Position numbers and translations under genes: made by a program. A DNA stretch of 54,283 nucleotides, filler included, from Sphacelaria rigidula (Eukaryota), in assembly GCA_964200075.2 (NCBI GenBank). It is 5 parts of 5 records of this genome, joined end to end, with 100 filler letters (N's around TTAATTAATTAA, not from the genome) between each part and the next. Parts side by side here need not be neighbours in the genome. Positions count along the whole stretch, not along the records: positions 43,508 to 54,283 come from CAXNAA020005934.1; 4 more parts are not named here. One strand, given 5' to 3'. Positions within the stretch are counted from its first letter, which is position 1; each line of letters begins with the position of its first letter. Positions 48,516 through 54,283 of the stretch are shown here, in pieces. Below the pieces are notes generated by a model. The model was not told the origin of the DNA and did no database searches. It saw only the letters and a program-made list of their open reading frames with translations.

Positions 48516-51500
48516 CCGTGTACCCCTTTATGCGAAGTAATGACCGTACCGTAGGCTTAGCAGACAAAATACCGAACAGGGACAAGAGTACCCTTTTTCG
48601 TCAAACTACAACTCGCCAAAAAAGCGGAAGTCCAACGACAAAGAAAAAATTGTAGCCGACTGCTGGTCGCCCCGTAGATCCACAAGACCCGGCGATGCAT
48701 TTAGGGCGTAAACGCTTGTGTGCGATATATTGCGAAGATCCGAACATAGGTGAAAAGTATTGTCGGCACACGCCCGAATGGCATCTGCGATTTGCTAATT
48801 GCTTAATTTGAGTGTAGACACAGGTATTCGGAACGGGTTGACAGTCCCGAGTGCTTCGTGCACTTCTGGCGACGAACAGGTCGCGTACGGCACTGTTTGC
48901 ACCCCTCTTGCCCGTGGGTTCTCGGTATGCACTGAGTTGCTGTTGTCAGCATGCTTGGCCGCTATCGTACAGCGTGAACCGGGTTGTAAAACACATGCAC
49001 GACTATAGAGTCGAGTTTGCACTGTTTACACAATCACAGTGTCTCCTAGAGAATAGGGTTCAACATTGAAATGAGGTTCAAACTCTCTTCGAATTTTCCG
49101 CATTCTTGTCCAAACGAAATGAATTTGGGACAGTTTGTTCCTGTTAAGAGCGAAGCAGATGTGTCTCTGGGTATTATCCCAAGTACCATTATGTACAACT
49201 GGTTGCTGGCCGGACAACGGTACAGATTTCGCGTGCGGCCATGTCGTATAGAAGGCAGACACATAGAGGCGCTCTTGGCATGCCTCGTGAAACAAGAAAC
49301 CTCTGGCAGTGGCTTAGCTGCTGCTAGCGTAGCTCACAGTCGGGCTGGCATACGGTACCCTGTGAGCTGCGGTGCGCTGTCTCTGATGTACAGGCAACGC
49401 GCACTGGGAACAGGAGACGTATCTTTTCCTCCTGTCGACGGTCAAAAACTATGCAAATAACACCAGACGCTTTGGTCTGACGCAAGAGGTGCTTCCGTGA
49501 CGAGCAAGGGCGTTCTCGTAGCACATGGACTGCTCACTGCTTCATTTGTAGCTCACGCCGTCGAGCCCTCACCAAAACGTTCTTGTGTAAGATAGCCCAT
49601 GTCATGTTTCAAGGATCGCAGCTGAGAGACATGCCCAAGGAACGTTAGCAACCTTAGGGCAACAGAAAGTATGAGGAAATGCGCGGGGTATGTCACAAGC
49701 GCCGACAAGTCGTGGCTATATTGTCCACACACAACTGCTACCGGACGAGTATCGTGACATACATTTGTGATGCTTGGATGACCGTGTTGTCGCGCGCTTT
49801 AACAAGTTGCCACGCCCGGAGCTGCAGCTCAGTCGTACTTTCCCTTTCCTTATTGCGCATTCTGTAGCTACCGTCTCTAAAGGCCATACGATGAATCAAT
49901 TACGACTGACTATAGGCAAATTCATTTAGACATGGTATTTCTTTGTTACGCAGCACCTAACCCTAGGAATATACTGATATTTATCTCCTCTGGTAGATTT
50001 GAAACGGCTGTGTCTAGGTGCGGGGAGTCACTGTCATCGGCTTTCCTCAACTTCAAAGAAAATTATGCCAAAGGTTTTCGAACATCTCTGGAAATGATGA
50101 AGAAGGAACACTACTTATGAGAAGTAGAGGAAGTGCAGCCGTTCGTGTCTCGGGAAAGAAATTCCTCTGCTGGAAGCGCTTTACAGATGAAACAATTGGA
50201 ATTTTCATTGGTGGAAAACTCCCTCCCCTTTGCGAATTGGGACATCTTGTTCATGAACTCACTTATTCTACGTATCCTCTCAACCCTTGGACCGCGAGGG
50301 TAGTCTATCTGGACCACGCATAACTTTTTCAAGTAAAGTTGATGCCGATTCGACAGGTGACCTACTTTCGTCGTCGAAGAGTTAACAAGCGTGTTGAAGG
50401 TATCCCCCAGACGTGGAGGGTTTGCTGGTTCTTGGGGTATGTCCCCCCCCCCCCCCGCAACGACAGCAAGAACAGCCGGTGAACACCACAAGCGCCACCA
50501 GCCCAGGCCACAAATAAANNNNNNNNNNCGAAAAGGTAACAAGCGTGTTTAAGGGGTCCCCCAGACGTGGGCGGGTTGCTTGTTCTTTGGGCATTTCCCC
50601 CCCCCCCCCCCGCACAGGATAAATAACTACGCCATCCCCCCCCACACAGGATAAGGCTCAAGTGCAAGAGCAGTGAAACGAACCGTCATGTCACATTGTC
50701 GTCAGGGAGCGGGCATCTCCCCCCCCCCCCCCTGAGATACGCAAGATATTTATCGAGTAAAACTACGGTAGGATGCGCAATGGATCTATTCATTATTACA
50801 TATATTGAGTATCTCTTGCAGGGAGGAATGTGCTATAGCTAGAAACGAGGTGAAAAAATGGTGGACAAGAAAAGTAACGGGATGCGGGAAGACGTTGATA
50901 AAACAAATAAGGATTTTGTTGGCGGGATGAAACAAATGTGGGTAGGGATAAAGGGTATTCTCGGCAACCGGGCAGGAGAGGCATACGAGGGGGTAACCAC
51001 CCTAAGGGCACAGATCGATGAAATGGTTAGTAGTTCGAAGGGGAGGGGAGAAACTCTAGCAGAGCATTGCAGACAACTAAGGAAAGCAACAAGTAACAAG
51101 CTGTTTAACGCGGAATTCGAGAAAGAAATCAATACGTGGGTACAGGCAAATGTGGACGGGTTCAAAAGGGAAGCTAATGACTCGAAATAATTGCAAGGAG
51201 AAGTTGCAAGATAAGACATGAAGGAGTATGTAGCTAAACTCGCGAACAGGAAGGCAGTAGGGGCAGACGAAATATTGCATGTATTTTTCAAGTGCGGAAG
51301 AGAGGGAATGATTACCATTATTATGGTTATACTATATATTTGGATGTGGGAAAGCGACTAGACACCCAACCAAGAGGTGAAGAGAAGGGGTACTAGTGAG
51401 CCTTTTCAAGAAAGCAGACAAGACTGACCCGGGGAATTATAGAGGGATACCGCCACTGAACACCGTAAGGGTAACGTTCAGTAAGATTCTGAAGGATAGA

Positions 51501-51596
51501 ATGGGAACGGCCCTAGAGAAGGAAAACATTCAGCGGGGTTTGATCTGATTGATGGATTGTCGCACTTTAATTGACCCCCCCCCAAAGATTTAGCGG

Positions 51597-52322
51597 GGGA
51601 CTGAAAGAGGGGATAGGGATGAAAACATGAAATTTTTGCATGGCCCAATGGGCGTGGCGAAATATTTGCAACTACGATTTCGGGTGGGGGACCTGCACCT
51701 GCAAGAGAAAAGAAAGAGATTTTCCAACAGACGAGAGGAGGAGGAAGTAGATGCACAGAACTGTCCCTGTGGCAAAGCAATAGAGAGCAGAACCCATAAA
51801 GTTGCAGAATCTGAACTATACAAGGAGGAACGGGACATGCTAGAGGAGGGAATGCGGAACGTGAACGAAGGTGGCGTAAAATCGTTTGATGCATGGGACA
51901 GCAGCGAAATAACGATGGCTATACTAGGAGATAAATGGTGGCCACAGACGGCGAAACAGAACGGGAATATGATGTCTAAAATGTTTTTGTGTGATGTATG
52001 CAAGAAACTTAATGAAGACCTACATGTTGAAGGCGTCTCTATCACACCCTGGACAATATGTGGTCAATACTTGCAATACACAATAAACGTACTGCATAAA
52101 GTATAGGCCTATTGCAAGTATTGTCGGCCGGCAATACTTGCAATAGGCCTATACTTCATGCAGTACGTTTATTGTGTATTGCAAGTATTGACCACATATT
52201 GTCCAGGGTGTGGTCTCTATCAGGAGTAGGAGCGATGCTCCGTCTCGAAAGGGGTACGTGGTCAATGGTCAAACGACTATGGCAGGCAACAAATCAGTAC
52301 CCCCCCTCCCCCCCCCCCCCCC
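51597..52322 (+). mobile_element. 5'-truncated LINE copy of the same family, with intact 3' end, C tract and ~20-bp TSD
   Basis: Encodes LRFRVGDL...QNCPCGKAIESRTH...ILGDKWWPQ. Ends AAATCAGTAC + C run. Flanked by C9-AAAGATTTAGCGG (51575-51596) and Cn-AAGGATCTAGCCG (to 52335). Confidence 0.85.
52043..52212. mobile_element. 170-bp spacerless palindromic MITE with 8-bp TSD GTCTCTAT
   Basis: CACACCCTGGACAAT...ATTGTCCAGGGTGTG, centre CGG|CCG. TSD at 52035-52042 and 52213-52220. A degenerate relative lies at about 42665-42750. Confidence 0.9.
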
Positions 52323-52642
52323 AAGGATCTAGCCGTGATCACATCATAGTTTTTTTTCGAGATGAAAAAATCTGAAGCACTCTCCGAAAAAAGCACGAGA
52401 AACATAAAACATAAAACTAAATAGTTGAGTAGAATACGAAGAAATATGAACATGGATGAGGGGGTGAGTAGGTTTGAGACCAAATCCTAGTTGCTCGGAC
52501 CATGTGTACACTTCAGGTGAGGTTTTTCAAGGTAGGAAGTACACCGGGCTAACAGCGTACTGTTACTTTCTAGACATACAAAAGGCCTATGGCACAGTAT
52601 GGAGAAACAGGCTGTGGAAAAAGATGTGGCAAACTGAGATAG

Positions 52643-52939
52643 ACAACGTTTTCCTGAGATTGAGAGTAGAGCGCTGATTGAGAGTGGTTTTGATCATTCG
52701 CTTTAACTTGGTCAATTTTTCATTCTGGGTGTGCTTGTCTTTGCCTCCATCACTGGCGTGTGCTCACAAGTACAAGTCGATATCCTACTCAGGGACATCA
52801 AGAGTCTCAGTGGCAAGCTACTACAGAAAACATGTCGGGCCTCGTGGAGGGGAATTTCGGAACTGAAACGATTTATTCACTATTTGACCGCTTTTCACTC
52901 TCAATCGTACCCTCTACTCTCAATCTCACGGAAACGTTG
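52643..52939. mobile_element. ~300-bp MITE with ~28-bp TIRs inserted in the LINE RT
   Basis: CAACGTTTTCCTGAGATTGAGAGTAGAG ... CTCTACTCTCAATCTCACGGAAACGTTG, with GATAGA repeated on both flanks. The same TIR motif occurs near 21571 and 45176. Confidence 0.7.
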
Positions 52940-54283
52940 TTGATAGAGGAAATATGTGAAGAATGGAAGAGATGACAAAGTGTGCGACAAGTGCTATGGT
53001 GCTAGACGGGAAAATATCGAAATAGTTTGATGTTTTGCAAGAACTTGCACAATGATGTACGCTATTGCTTTGTTCAGTCAAGGTAATTCTTGAATGACCT
53101 GATGAGAGCAACAGGGGCAGCAAGCAAGGAGTCAGCGTGGGAAAATATGCGATATGGGGATTGATGTTCGCGAATGATTTCGTGCGGATATCAGAAACAT
53201 GAGAAGGATTGCAGAACAAATAGAGAAGGGGCTAGGGTACACTAGGAAGAGGAGAGGGACAGCGAACGTGAACAAAAGCGCGGTACTTGCGTGTAACGAG
53301 GATAACGAAAACCCTGCCGAGTTCAAATGGAAGTGGGAGAAGAGGAACTACCAGTCGTAGATCAGTATACATACCTTGGCGTGAAGATATAAAAAGGCTG
53401 CTTTTGGGATGCAAATATAAATTGAGTGATAAAAAAGGGTGAGGCAGAGATAGGCGAGGTGAACGTGATCCTAAGAGACTCGCACCTGAGTACTAAGAGT
53501 GAGATATTTGTTTTGATGAATGTAATTCTACCGAAGCTGGAATGTGCAGGGGAAGTTGTGGAGGGGAACGCGAAGTTGGTGAAGAAGTTGGAAACGGTAC
53601 TGTACAAAAATTTACCGGATGCTCGAAAACGACGAGTAACACAGCATTGAGAGCAGAGATGGGAATGTACCCACGTAAACACATGAAGGCATGCAGAATT
53701 TGAAAGGATAGTTTAGAGTAGCGAACGTGCCACCAAAGAGATTGCCCGCCATAGTTGGCAGCGCCGTACGGAAGAAAATGACGAGAGGGCAGGCTAGAAT
53801 ATTAGCGTCGTCGAGAAAGCGTGGAAGAAGATAGGGGAAAACCAAGACAAGATGATGTCCGCAGGTGATGTGGCAGGTACGAGGGAATAGTAAGAGACAC
53901 GATAGAAATGGGAGAAAATAAGCGCCGAGACGGAAAGTAGACGAGGAAGAGCACCTGAAGATATACGTGGGTTGATAGGGGGGATAGGGATGATAACATA
54001 CACGCATGATCCAATGAACTACTCGACAGAAATTATACTGCGATTTCGGGTGGGGGACGTGTACCTGCCGAAAAGAAAAATGAGGTATACCAGTCGTCGA
54101 GTGGAGGAGGAAGTAGATGCACAGAATTGCCCCTGTGGCAACGCAATAGATAGCAGCACTCATATAGTGAGAGAATGGGGACTATACAAGGAGGAACGGG
54201 GCGTGCTGGAGAGGGAAATTTGGAAAGTAAACCGCTCTGGCATGAAATCGTTCACGGTTAGAACAAATCACCACGACTCAAAA

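Larger units (their letters stand above)
50833..54283 (+). mobile_element. Degenerate non-LTR retrotransposon (LINE) RT with C-terminal CCHC-like knuckle, interrupted by nested insertions
   Basis: KAVGADEI; LFKKADKTDPGNYRGI; FLDIQKAYGTVWRNRLW; LMFANDFV (YADD site); YTYLG; LRFRVGD; QNCPCG...THIV. Many stops. Confidence 0.9.

Noticed and set aside
48860-49560. Possible decayed transposase on the minus strand next to a piggyBac-like end
   Set aside because: No catalytic motif could be identified with confidence.

Overview
Eukaryotic, intron-rich, transposon-dense DNA of about 50% GC. Gene structure and repeat content suggest a brown alga (Phaeophyceae); this is inference. The window is not one locus. 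It is five contigs of 10,778/10,777/10,776/10,776/10,776 bp, ordered by length and joined by N44-TTAATTAATTAA-N44 linkers, so nothing should be inferred across the linkers. Contig 1: last four exons of ALG5 (dolichyl-phosphate glucosyltransferase) and an old, internally deleted Copia-like LTR element. Contig 2: a Ty3/Gypsy retrotransposon whose gag-PR-RT-RNaseH block is inverted relative to its LTR, PBS and integrase. One breakpoint splits the tRNA-Ser-type PBS, and the integrase ends in chromodomain-like plus Tudor-like modules. Contig 3: three exons of a DDHD-family (PA-PLA1) phospholipase with GHSLG. Contig 4: one YJU2/CCDC94 exon among SINEs, MITEs and decayed coding DNA. Contig 5: a Copia gag relic and nested degenerate LINEs. 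The most unusual signal is a LINE family whose 3' end (a small conserved stem-loop followed by ATGAGTAC) is always followed by a C run. Target-site duplications indicate insertion into poly-C/poly-G tracts, and several other repeat families also end in oligo-C. No CRISPR, rRNA or intact tRNA genes were seen.
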